IMG/VR virus record: IMGVR_UViG_3300008262_000013
Direction: 5' to 3' (one strand)
Length of the DNA stretch: 64,000 nucleotides
DNA from: a virus
Lineage: Duplodnaviria > Caudoviricetes
Numbering within the stretch: position 1 is the first letter of the stretch; every line of letters begins with the position of its first letter. Under the pieces are notes generated by a model that saw only the letters and a list, made by a program, of their open reading frames with translations, was not told the origin of the DNA and searched no databases. This document shows positions 1 through 8,483 of the stretch, one piece after another. The position numbers and the translations under genes were made by a program.

Positions 1-563
1 TTCCAACACCAGATTTATACAGCCAATTGACAGAAGAAGAATTTATGCCTAAATTGGAAGTATTAAAGGATGGATTGAAGAAAATTGCTAAACATATTTA
101 CGAAAATAAATTACCTCCTGAGAAGTTTGGATGGTTCCAACAATCTAGAGCTCTATGTGCAGCAGGTATAAATTACGTAAGTGTTGATTTAAACGGCGAT
201 TTGAGTCCTTGCCATGGATGCATGTACAAAGAATCGCATTCACATAAATTAGGAAATATTTTTAAAGTTGCAGATTTGGATCAGTTGATTGAAGAAAAAT
301 CTCAAATGTATAAGGATGCGTTGAAGAATCAACCTTTAGATTGTATGAACTGTGACAGTCAATTCTGTATGAAATGTAATGCGGCAACTTATGAAAAATC
401 AGAAAAAGAAACATATCTAGAAAAATGGAGTGATCATACAGCAAATTGGCAAGTCTGTAAAGTATTTAAGACAAACGAGATAGTACATCACGCATTAAGA
501 ACTGCACTAAAGAGTTATAAAAAGCCTGTAATTAAAATTCAGGCTGAACAGTGTACAGTATAA
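1..563 (+). CDS. Radical SAM protein, C-terminal SPASM-type domain (5'-truncated by window edge)
   Basis: The frame is open from position 3 (PTPDLYSQLTEEEF...), so the TTG at 27 is probably not the true start. It has a SPASM-like Cys pattern: CAAG-INYVSVDLNGDLSPCHGC ... CMNCDSQFCMKCNA. The CxxxCxxC motif would lie upstream of the window. Confidence 0.8.
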   Translation, partial: PTPDLYSQLTEEEFMPKLEVLKDGLKKIAKHIYENKLPPEKFGWFQQSRALCAAGINYVSVDLNGDLSPCHGCMYKESHSHKLGNIFKVADLDQLIEEKSQMYKDALKNQPLDCMNCDSQFCMKCNAATYEKSEKETYLEKWSDHTANWQVCKVFKTNEIVHHALRTALKSYKKPVIKIQAEQCTV

Positions 564-572
564 GGATAATAA

Positions 573-1697
573 ATGTTTACATTAGAAGTAAGTGTTACTG
601 AAAAGTGTAATCTAGGTTGTCCGTATTGTTATGTGGCAAACAGACCAACTTGGATGACGAAAGAAGTTTTTGATCAGGGTATGAAAGACCTGCCAAAATT
701 AATGCAAAGGTCCGGTGATAAAGATTATCATGTAAGTTTTTTTGGTGGTGAACCTTTATTAAATTGGGACCTAATAACTCACGCTGTTCCTTATTTAAGA
801 TCGGATGATAAATGTAAAGGTATTAATATCATCACAAATTTAACGATGATTGATCAAGATAAAGCTAATTATTTGAGAAATAATGGTGTTGGCGTTTCTT
901 GGTCTTTTGATGGTATGAGTTCTAATGAGAGTAGACCTTTACTTCCACTTTTGGAAAATACTAATCCAGAAACAGGCGAATTGTTTGATGGTATACTTTC
1001 GATGTATGAATATAAGAAAGATATCATAAAGAATTTGACAAACGGATGTAAGGTCATGATATGGCCAGGAAATACAAAAGACATGAAAGAGAATTTTGAA
1101 TTTCTCTTAGATTGGGGTATAGATCATCCCGATTTTAGTATTGTTCGTGATGATGTTTGGACAGAAGATGATATAATACAGTTTAGATATGAATGTGAAA
1201 GACTTGCAGATTTTTGGATAGAAAAGATAAAATCTGGTAAACCATGTTCAGTAGGATTTTTAAAACTAGCTATTTTAGATATTCTCTATGGTTTAGTGAA
1301 AGGTAAAAGACCTTTTGGTTGTTTTGCTGGAACTAATGGTGGAGTATTGATGAGTTCTGGGGAATTCTACCCTTGCGCTAGGTTTGCATCCAAAAAAATT
1401 ATGAAAATGGATGAACAGTATAATTTTAGGTACTATCAAGACATTTTTAATCCAAAAAATTATGATAAATGTGAACCGTGTGATTTGAAACAGGTGTGTA
1501 ATGCCGGTTGTACATATTCTCAAATTATGAATGATAATAAACCATTAGATAGTATTTGTGAATTGTTCCACATATATTATGAACAAGCAATGCGAGTGGT
1601 AGATGAGTGTAAAGACGAAAGAGTTTTCCAAGATTTGGTTTTAAATTATATCGAAAATGTTGGTGTTGAAAATGAAGGTGTGGAGTGTAGGAACTAA
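573..1697 (+). CDS. Radical SAM/SPASM enzyme (anSME/peptide-maturase-like architecture)
   Basis: CNLGCPYC and FFGGEP in the core, plus C-terminal CFAG...YPC...CEPCDLKQVCNAGC...C typical of a full SPASM domain. Confidence 0.92.
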   Translation: MFTLEVSVTEKCNLGCPYCYVANRPTWMTKEVFDQGMKDLPKLMQRSGDKDYHVSFFGGEPLLNWDLITHAVPYLRSDDKCKGINIITNLTMIDQDKANYLRNNGVGVSWSFDGMSSNESRPLLPLLENTNPETGELFDGILSMYEYKKDIIKNLTNGCKVMIWPGNTKDMKENFEFLLDWGIDHPDFSIVRDDVWTEDDIIQFRYECERLADFWIEKIKSGKPCSVGFLKLAILDILYGLVKGKRPFGCFAGTNGGVLMSSGEFYPCARFASKKIMKMDEQYNFRYYQDIFNPKNYDKCEPCDLKQVCNAGCTYSQIMNDNKPLDSICELFHIYYEQAMRVVDECKDERVFQDLVLNYIENVGVENEGVECRN

Positions 1698-1698
1698 C

Positions 1699-2547
1699 AT
1701 GAAAATTGTTTCTTGCACCAGTCAAGATAAAATTCTTAGAATTAACTGGCATATATTAAATTGGTGTAATTTAAAATGTTCCTACTGTAATGTAAAGGAA
1801 CATTTGAGTTATGATTATAATGATAATACTCAAATTTCAAATAATTATAAATTGATTATAAGTAGATTAAAAACTATTTCTAAACCTTTTGAGATTTGTT
1901 TGACTGGTGGGGAACCAACATTACATCCCAATATCGAAGATATATTAAGTGGATTAAATGAAATTGAAAATTTAACTAAAATTTATTTTTTTACTAACTT
2001 AACTAGATCAGAAAATTTTTATAAAAATATAAAAAGTTTTTCGAAAGTTACATATTACGCATCCTTTCACCCCGAATATCACAAAGAAGATTTTTTAGAT
2101 AAGTGTAAAAATCTAAACTGTGAGGTTCATATAAGTATGATGCCTGAATATAAAAATTACATTTTAAAAATTATTGATAAGTGTAAGTTGGAGGATATAA
2201 AATTTACATTAAATTTTTTAAGAGACACAAAATATTATTCAAGTAATTTAGAAGAAGATTTTTTCGTAGAAGCTTCTACTGCTGAATCTATGATTGATAT
2301 GGATGTTTTATATGATAATGGCTTTCGAGAAAATACTACAAATTTAAGATTATTATACGATAAAAAAAATAATTTCAAAGGCTATAAATGTTTACCGGAA
2401 TCTTTTCAAATAGAATTAAATAATGTAGTTAAAAATGTTTGCACTAACGAAATTATGCCATTATCTTTAAAAGATATTACGAAAAAGGTTATTTGTCCAA
2501 AAGAAGTTTGTGAAGGTGGACTTATGATGTATCCTAAGGAAATTTAA
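1699..2547 (+). CDS. Radical SAM enzyme with short C-terminal Cys (twitch-like) extension
   Basis: CNLKCSYC, LTGGEP and C-terminal GYKC...VC...ICPKEVC. ATG 1699 (right after the upstream stop at 1697) is preferred over the ORF-track start at 1657. Confidence 0.88.
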   Translation: MKIVSCTSQDKILRINWHILNWCNLKCSYCNVKEHLSYDYNDNTQISNNYKLIISRLKTISKPFEICLTGGEPTLHPNIEDILSGLNEIENLTKIYFFTNLTRSENFYKNIKSFSKVTYYASFHPEYHKEDFLDKCKNLNCEVHISMMPEYKNYILKIIDKCKLEDIKFTLNFLRDTKYYSSNLEEDFFVEASTAESMIDMDVLYDNGFRENTTNLRLLYDKKNNFKGYKCLPESFQIELNNVVKNVCTNEIMPLSLKDITKKVICPKEVCEGGLMMYPKEI

Positions 2548-2876
2548 TGAAGAAAAATTTTAAAAGTATTGTATCTATACCTATTAAAGTTGAGATGCAA
2601 CCAGTTGAACATCAAAGCAATAAAGTTTTGACTGTTGATGATTTGTCGAAACAAATAGAAGAAGCTAAAAAGGGAAAAGCCAAAGTCGATAGTAAGTATG
2701 TAGGATTTGAACTGACTGAGAGAGGACATTTATTCGAATATAAATTTGATTATGTTAAATTTTTGGACAATATGTCATTCATAATCAAAACGGCAAAACA
2801 GCGTAAAGAAATGAATCCTAATAATGTCTATACAATGGATAAAACTAAAAGTGCTAGACGAAAAAAAGAAATATGA
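2547..2876 (+). CDS. Hypothetical protein (109 aa, basic)
   Basis: Abuts or overlaps both neighbours (stop/start coupling); no recognisable motif. Confidence 0.65.
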   Translation: MKKNFKSIVSIPIKVEMQPVEHQSNKVLTVDDLSKQIEEAKKGKAKVDSKYVGFELTERGHLFEYKFDYVKFLDNMSFIIKTAKQRKEMNPNNVYTMDKTKSARRKKEI

Positions 2877-3766
2877 ACGCCGAAACTTTCAAAAAAAAGT
2901 ATCCTCAAATAAATTTTTATGTAGGACATGAAACGGATAAAACTGTAACTAAAGATTCGGGAGTAAATGTATTATATTTCACAAATAAATGTAATTTAGC
3001 TTGTACATATTGTTATGAAGATTTGCCTGGTCGCCCTCCACAAATTTTGTCTAAAGAAGATATTAAAAAAAGTATCGATAGAGTTATAGAAAGAGAAGAT
3101 CCCAATAGTCAAACATTATTTGTTCTTTTTGGTGGAGAAGCTACTATGGAATGGGATAATGTTTGTTATGCCATGAATTATGCCTATACAAAAAAGAAAA
3201 ATGTTCATTTTAATTTAAACACAAATGGCATAAGATACCTAAAACAAAGTTTTATAGAGGAAACAAAAAACAATTTTTTTTATAAAAAAAACTTGTTAAG
3301 TATAGACGTTAGTTTTGACGGTATAGGAAATTCGGATAGAGTCACACACGGCGGCAAGGATTCAACTAATTTAATGATCCAAGTTTTCAGAAATTTGAGA
3401 AAAAACGCAATGAAATTTAGGATAAGATACACCATACATCACAAAAACGTTCATAATTGCTATGAAGATATGTCCAATATTATTAGATATTTTAAACCAA
3501 CCCGTCTTATAACATCCGTTGCGTGGGAAACTCTCAATAAAATTCAAATTGACTTGCTCCAAAACATGAAAGAAAGTCTCAGGAAAGATTGGATAAATAG
3601 GATAATTGATGTTCCAGTTTGTGAGTTATTTTGTGACATGTGTGATGGATGTGGTGAGAGAAAGGAAGTAAAAACTTATTTTACTGACGAGGGTAATGTA
3701 ACCACATATGGTAATTATGAGAACTCCCCGAAATTTCATGATTTTAAAGAAAAGGTAATAATATGA
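2873..3766 (+). CDS. Radical SAM enzyme (anSME-like core, reduced C-terminal Cys cluster)
   Basis: CNLACTYC, LFGGEA, SFDG motif, and C-terminal CELFCDMCDGC. Confidence 0.9.
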   Translation: MNAETFKKKYPQINFYVGHETDKTVTKDSGVNVLYFTNKCNLACTYCYEDLPGRPPQILSKEDIKKSIDRVIEREDPNSQTLFVLFGGEATMEWDNVCYAMNYAYTKKKNVHFNLNTNGIRYLKQSFIEETKNNFFYKKNLLSIDVSFDGIGNSDRVTHGGKDSTNLMIQVFRNLRKNAMKFRIRYTIHHKNVHNCYEDMSNIIRYFKPTRLITSVAWETLNKIQIDLLQNMKESLRKDWINRIIDVPVCELFCDMCDGCGERKEVKTYFTDEGNVTTYGNYENSPKFHDFKEKVII

Positions 3767-4155
3767 GCACTGATAGAGAAATTGTAATTGAAAAGTTAAC
3801 GAGTATTTCACAAAATATTAAAGAGATATCGGAATATGATGAAGGCCTCGCCAACTTAATTTGGATAGGTTTTGACACAGCTATGAGTTTAGCACAATCT
3901 ATTTCTGAAAATAATGAGAAAAAGGAACAAATTGATATTTCTGTTTACATTCAACAAATTTGTGATGCTTTGGGTGTTGATATTGAACAAATGGTTTTAT
4001 CAATTATTCAAAATAACAATACTCAAGAATCTAGTAATAAAGAGCCGGACTTGGAAACTTTAGACTTTATAACATCCGATCTTGATGACTATGAAAAGTT
4101 TTTAGCAAAAAGTTCAGCAAAAAATAATTTAGATTTTTTATCAAAGGAAATATAA
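3763..4155 (+). CDS. Hypothetical acidic helical protein (130 aa)
   Basis: 4-nt overlap with the upstream rSAM; ends 1 nt before the Cys-repeat gene; no recognisable motif. Confidence 0.65.
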   Translation: MSTDREIVIEKLTSISQNIKEISEYDEGLANLIWIGFDTAMSLAQSISENNEKKEQIDISVYIQQICDALGVDIEQMVLSIIQNNNTQESSNKEPDLETLDFITSDLDDYEKFLAKSSAKNNLDFLSKEI

Positions 4156-4156
4156 G

Positions 4157-4765
4157 ATGGCTTTAGGTAAAATGTTTGACACTACTCTTGGAGTAGGTAC
4201 TAACACAACTCCTGCTGGTGAACATAAAAGGCTATCAATAACTATACAAGGAACTGTTGGTAGTAATGCAGTGAATTATGATCTTGCGAATGTTGTAGCT
4301 GGAGAGGATTTAATAACTAGATCGTTTTTTCAATCGCTGCTTGATAAAGCAAAAGAAGAAAATACGAGAAGGGGAGGCAGCGCCACTAAAGGTTCGTTAT
4401 CAACAACAAACATTAGAGCTGCCGACTTTAATAATATCCGAGCACTTTTTGCTGTTGCCGATTCTAGGACAAATCAAGTTTATAATGATTGGTCTGGTGC
4501 AAATGCTAATTTGCCTAATGGTCCGACAGTAAATAGTCCCACAATAACAACCTTTCCTACTACTGCTGCACCAACTGGTGTTCCAGCAGCAGTTACCACA
4601 GATCCAGCAACTCAAATTAGAGCTACAATTCTGAATTCTCTCATTAATGCTTTGAATTCTGCTGGGCAAGTTTGCACCTGTAATTGTAATTATTGTACTT
4701 GTAATTGCAATTATTGTACATGTAACTGTAATTACGCATGTACCTGCAACTGTAATTACTCCTAA
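4157..4765 (+). CDS. Putative modified-substrate/precursor protein with C-terminal (CTCNCNY)x4 repeat; N-terminal part virion-protein-like
   Basis: Ends ...QVCTCNCNYCTCNCNYCTCNCNYACTCNCNYS*, with 12 Cys in the last 30 aa and none elsewhere. AAGGA RBS upstream. Embedded among radical SAM genes. Confidence 0.75.
   Translation: MALGKMFDTTLGVGTNTTPAGEHKRLSITIQGTVGSNAVNYDLANVVAGEDLITRSFFQSLLDKAKEENTRRGGSATKGSLSTTNIRAADFNNIRALFAVADSRTNQVYNDWSGANANLPNGPTVNSPTITTFPTTAAPTGVPAAVTTDPATQIRATILNSLINALNSAGQVCTCNCNYCTCNCNYCTCNCNYACTCNCNYS
4673..4759 (+). repeat. Four 21-nt coding repeats encoding CTCNCNY
   Basis: tgcacctgtaattgtaattat / tgtacttgtaattgcaattat / tgtacatgtaactgtaattac / (gca) / tgtacctgcaactgtaattac; all differences are synonymous. 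Confidence 0.97.
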
Positions 4766-4776
4766 TTAAAAATATT

Positions 4777-5238
4777 ATGTTTTTTCAACTAAATCATTTA
4801 GAAGAAACCAATATGTCTTACATAAGACATTTTAATCATGGAATAAGATTGGGATCTTGGTTATTTTTGTGTTCCATCATTTTTTTAATTTATTGTCTTT
4901 TCTCTTTAAAATTTTTAGAAAACTTTGTGATAGCACGAATAAACACAATGTATCATGGATTAATGTTGCGATGGTTTGAAGATGAAACATTTAATCGTGG
5001 AAAACCAGAAAAAGATGTTTTAGAAGAAAAGAAATATAAAAAGCAGTATGTAAAATTGATCGAAGATGGAATGATAAATCCTTTCAATAAAGTTAAAATA
5101 TTTAATGGACTGTTAATTGCATCCATTACTAGTATAACACATTCTTTTATACCACAAATATTTGTGCATCATGCTGCCACCAATGTAATAAGATTATATT
5201 TTAATTATAAAATAATGGAGAAATTAAATGAAAAATGA
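4777..5238 (+). CDS. DUF6356-like small membrane-associated protein with internal insertion
   Basis: N-terminal NHLEETNMSYIRHF and C-terminal HSFIPQIF...AATNVIRL resemble the two halves of the DUF6356 pattern (H...E.Y..H / HA..P.LF...AS..I..L); recognised by eye. Confidence 0.45.
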   Translation: MFFQLNHLEETNMSYIRHFNHGIRLGSWLFLCSIIFLIYCLFSLKFLENFVIARINTMYHGLMLRWFEDETFNRGKPEKDVLEEKKYKKQYVKLIEDGMINPFNKVKIFNGLLIASITSITHSFIPQIFVHHAATNVIRLYFNYKIMEKLNEK

Positions 5239-5632
5239 TAGAGTTGAAATTGAAGGTATTGATGCGAATACTTATGCTGGAAAAGCAATTAATGCATGTA
5301 AGTTAAAAGCAAGAGGAATTTTTGGAGATGAACTTTTAACTTTTAAACTTTTGGATTTTGTAAGTTTTTTAATGTTAAATAATGAATTTACGTCAAAAGG
5401 TTATTTTATTAGTGAACATAATAGGGAAGAAATTTATATAAAAATTATAGAAACTGGTGATATACAATTAATAAATGATTTGGAAAAATATATTAATCTT
5501 AGAGATTCTATAAAAGAATTACAAAGAAAAAAAGATGAATTTTACGATATTATTGAAAAATTAAATAATTTATCAAACTTGAATGATGAAACGAGTGTTA
5601 ATGAAATTGTAGAGTCTTATCTAAGGAGATAA
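5228..5632 (+). CDS. Hypothetical protein (134 aa)
   Basis: Coupled ORF in the operon; no recognisable motif. Confidence 0.65.
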   Translation: MKNDRVEIEGIDANTYAGKAINACKLKARGIFGDELLTFKLLDFVSFLMLNNEFTSKGYFISEHNREEIYIKIIETGDIQLINDLEKYINLRDSIKELQRKKDEFYDIIEKLNNLSNLNDETSVNEIVESYLRR

Positions 5633-5634
5633 AT

Positions 5635-6627
5635 TTGATAACCTTAATAAATGGACCTAAAAGTATACATTTAAGATATATTGCTAGAAGTATTTTAGAT
5701 TCTGAAAAGATATGGAATTTTGAAGATTATACTGTAAAATATAAAAATGATGGATTCATAATTTTCGATTCAGAAGGAACAAATATATATTGCAATAACT
5801 CGGAATTGGGTAATATAAACAATGATCTTTTAATAATGACCGAAGGTCAGAAAACTTATCTATTGGAAGAAATAGATAAGTTTAGTCACGACATTAATGA
5901 AAAAATTGTAGAACATCATTTCATAGATTCTTGGCCTACAACAAGTATAGATAATTTATTCAGTGAAGAATGTTTTTTGGAAAATTATGAATCTTTAGAA
6001 TATGAAATGGAGTATCAAAAACTTTTAGATGACTTGAAGGATGATAGTATAACTAACATATGGACTGGAAGATTTTCTGCTTCTTGTATAAAAACCCTAA
6101 GGGAAAAGTTAGGAACAGAAAATGTAAGAGTTATAAACTTTTTCAGGAATCCTAGTGCTTGCATTTTTGGCAATCAATTAGATCCTGATTGTCAGTTAAA
6201 AAATGGATTAATTTCTATTTTAAATATGGTAATGGTTAAAAATTTACCAAATACCTTTAATATTAGATATGAAGATTTTTTAACCAATAAAAATTTTCAT
6301 CTAAATGAAAATCAGATAGATTTTCCGGAAAAAATTGTAAATTATAATGGTATTATTAGTCTTTATGAAAAAGAAAACTATAGATTAGAATTAATAAATG
6401 AAAATTTGATGGATCAGTTAAATCAAAACTTTTTGGATTTTGACTTGATAAAAAATTTAAAAATTGGAATGAGACCAAATAATTATAAAGATTATGAAGG
6501 TTTTGAAAAATATATGACGTTATTAGAAAATAATTTAAATTTAGAAATTGCGAATAATATTCCAAAAAACTTTTTTGAATTTTTAGGTTATACTCCATTA
6601 ACAGTGGAACAAATTATCACCGGTTAA
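5635..6627 (+). CDS. Sulfotransferase-like (P-loop fold) protein
   Basis: TTG start. Degenerate N-terminal LINGPKS, plus VINFFRNP and IRYEDF resembling the RDP and RYEDL motifs of PAPS-dependent sulfotransferases. Confidence 0.45.
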   Translation: MITLINGPKSIHLRYIARSILDSEKIWNFEDYTVKYKNDGFIIFDSEGTNIYCNNSELGNINNDLLIMTEGQKTYLLEEIDKFSHDINEKIVEHHFIDSWPTTSIDNLFSEECFLENYESLEYEMEYQKLLDDLKDDSITNIWTGRFSASCIKTLREKLGTENVRVINFFRNPSACIFGNQLDPDCQLKNGLISILNMVMVKNLPNTFNIRYEDFLTNKNFHLNENQIDFPEKIVNYNGIISLYEKENYRLELINENLMDQLNQNFLDFDLIKNLKIGMRPNNYKDYEGFEKYMTLLENNLNLEIANNIPKNFFEFLGYTPLTVEQIITG

Positions 6628-6631
6628 TTCT

Positions 6632-7510
6632 GTGTCTTTAGTAAATCTGAGAAACTATGATTTAGTTATAACTACTTCATTTGGTTTCAAATTTGGAATT
6701 TGTGGTCATTTATTTGAAATGATTGAATATTATTGGGCTATAAAAAATTGGACAAATCTAAATCCTTGTATACTATTGTCCGATGGTACTACAATAGACG
6801 AATTTAATATAGCTTTAAACACGAAATATGATAATCTAGTTGTTGAAAATTTAATATACCATCCTTTTCCAAAACTATTATTGTCAAAAAATTTATTGAT
6901 AGTTGACGGATCTTCAAGACTTGATAATTCGGAAATATATACAGATAATTTTTTTCTATTCAGATGTCATGAAAAAAATTATGACTTTTATATAAACAAT
7001 AAAGCGCAATGTCACTTATTTCAAGATTTTGAAATATATGATGATATTCCTAAAAAAATAAATGTTTTTGATTATAAGAAAAAATTATTATATTCAAAAT
7101 TTAAAAAAATAAATGATGATGTAGAAAATTCTGTAATGTTTTATTTGACAGATGTTAGTAGATTTATGTCTGAAGAAACAATAACTGAAATTTCCAATAA
7201 ATATTCTTTCAACAACACAGTAGTATTTACAAATAAACCAGAACTTTATACAAAAATAAAAACATATAAAGTTCCAGTCCCAGACATGTGGAATAAATTT
7301 TCTACATATGTTTATACTAAATTACCTGGCAAAAAAGATTGTTCCAATAGATTTATTTTAGAGTGTATGCACTATGATAAAGAAGTTGTTTATGATATAG
7401 ATTATTATGATAAAGCTTTAGAAATTAGAAAAAAGGATGGAATAAAAAATACATCTTTAGAACAAGGTGATTTTTTTATCAATTATATCAATGAACAAAT
7501 TAAGTGTTAA
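6632..7510 (+). CDS. Hypothetical protein, possibly degenerate GT-B glycosyltransferase-like
   Basis: 292-aa ORF; C-terminal DCSNRFILECMHYDKEVVY loosely resembles the GT-B E...G.PV segment. Confidence 0.35.
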   Translation: MSLVNLRNYDLVITTSFGFKFGICGHLFEMIEYYWAIKNWTNLNPCILLSDGTTIDEFNIALNTKYDNLVVENLIYHPFPKLLLSKNLLIVDGSSRLDNSEIYTDNFFLFRCHEKNYDFYINNKAQCHLFQDFEIYDDIPKKINVFDYKKKLLYSKFKKINDDVENSVMFYLTDVSRFMSEETITEISNKYSFNNTVVFTNKPELYTKIKTYKVPVPDMWNKFSTYVYTKLPGKKDCSNRFILECMHYDKEVVYDIDYYDKALEIRKKDGIKNTSLEQGDFFINYINEQIKC

Positions 7511-8483
7511 AAAAATACTGATAGATTATGATAGACCTATTAACAATAGAGCTAAATTAGATACTGGTAAACTCTGTAATTATAAATGTGAATTTTGTTA
7601 CTATAAAAATAGTTTGTCTGAGAGAGATGAACTTGATAAAATCTACAAAAGAATAGATTATTTACTTGACTATGGCATAAAAGAAATCGATCTTAGTGGT
7701 GGTGAAAGTAGTGTAGAACCGAATTGGTTTAATATATTAAATTATTGCCAAAATAAATTTGATAGAATTAGTTGCCTTAGTCACGGAGGTAAATTTAGTG
7801 ATAAAGAATTTATTCAAAAAAGTTTCGACTTAGGTTTAAGAGAGATACTCTTTAGTCTACATTGTACGGATGAAAGTGTTCATGATAAAATTGTAGGCAA
7901 AAAAGGAGCTTTTAAAAATTTAATTAAAGCTATTGAGAACTCCCACCGTTTAAATATTGAAGTTAGATTGAACACAACTGTATATCATGAAAACTACAAT
8001 AAAATAGACACTTCTTTTATAAAATCTTTAAACCCCACCCAAGTTAATTTTATTGCTCTCAATTATTGGAGAGACAATAAAGATTTTTATCCTATTGATT
8101 ACGGAACAATTTGTTCCTATGTTTCAAATTATATTGATGACCTTAAGGACTCAACCGAAGTTAATGCTAGATATTTTCCTTATTGTTTTATGCCATCAAA
8201 AGAAAAATATATAAAAAACCATTATCATCATATATATGACTTTAAAGATTGGAATAAAGCGGTTTATAGTGGAACATTAGACACTAAAAAAAATTATACG
8301 CACAATGAAAAAGTAGAACATTCTTTCTCTGAAGCGGAACGAATGAGAATTTATAGTTACTTTAAAACCGAAGAATGTACAAAGTGTAAATATTTTTATA
8401 TATGTGATGGTATAGAAAATGAACTTAAAGATAAAGTTAGTCCAAATCCTGTTTTTGGAGAAAAGATAAGATTAATATGGTAA
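7491..8483 (+). CDS. Radical SAM enzyme with C-terminal CxxCxxxxxCxG motif
   Basis: CNYKCEFC, LSGGES and C-terminal CTKCKYFYICDGI. ATG 7491 is preferred over 7467. Confidence 0.9.
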   Translation: MNKLSVKKILIDYDRPINNRAKLDTGKLCNYKCEFCYYKNSLSERDELDKIYKRIDYLLDYGIKEIDLSGGESSVEPNWFNILNYCQNKFDRISCLSHGGKFSDKEFIQKSFDLGLREILFSLHCTDESVHDKIVGKKGAFKNLIKAIENSHRLNIEVRLNTTVYHENYNKIDTSFIKSLNPTQVNFIALNYWRDNKDFYPIDYGTICSYVSNYIDDLKDSTEVNARYFPYCFMPSKEKYIKNHYHHIYDFKDWNKAVYSGTLDTKKNYTHNEKVEHSFSEAERMRIYSYFKTEECTKCKYFYICDGIENELKDKVSPNPVFGEKIRLIW

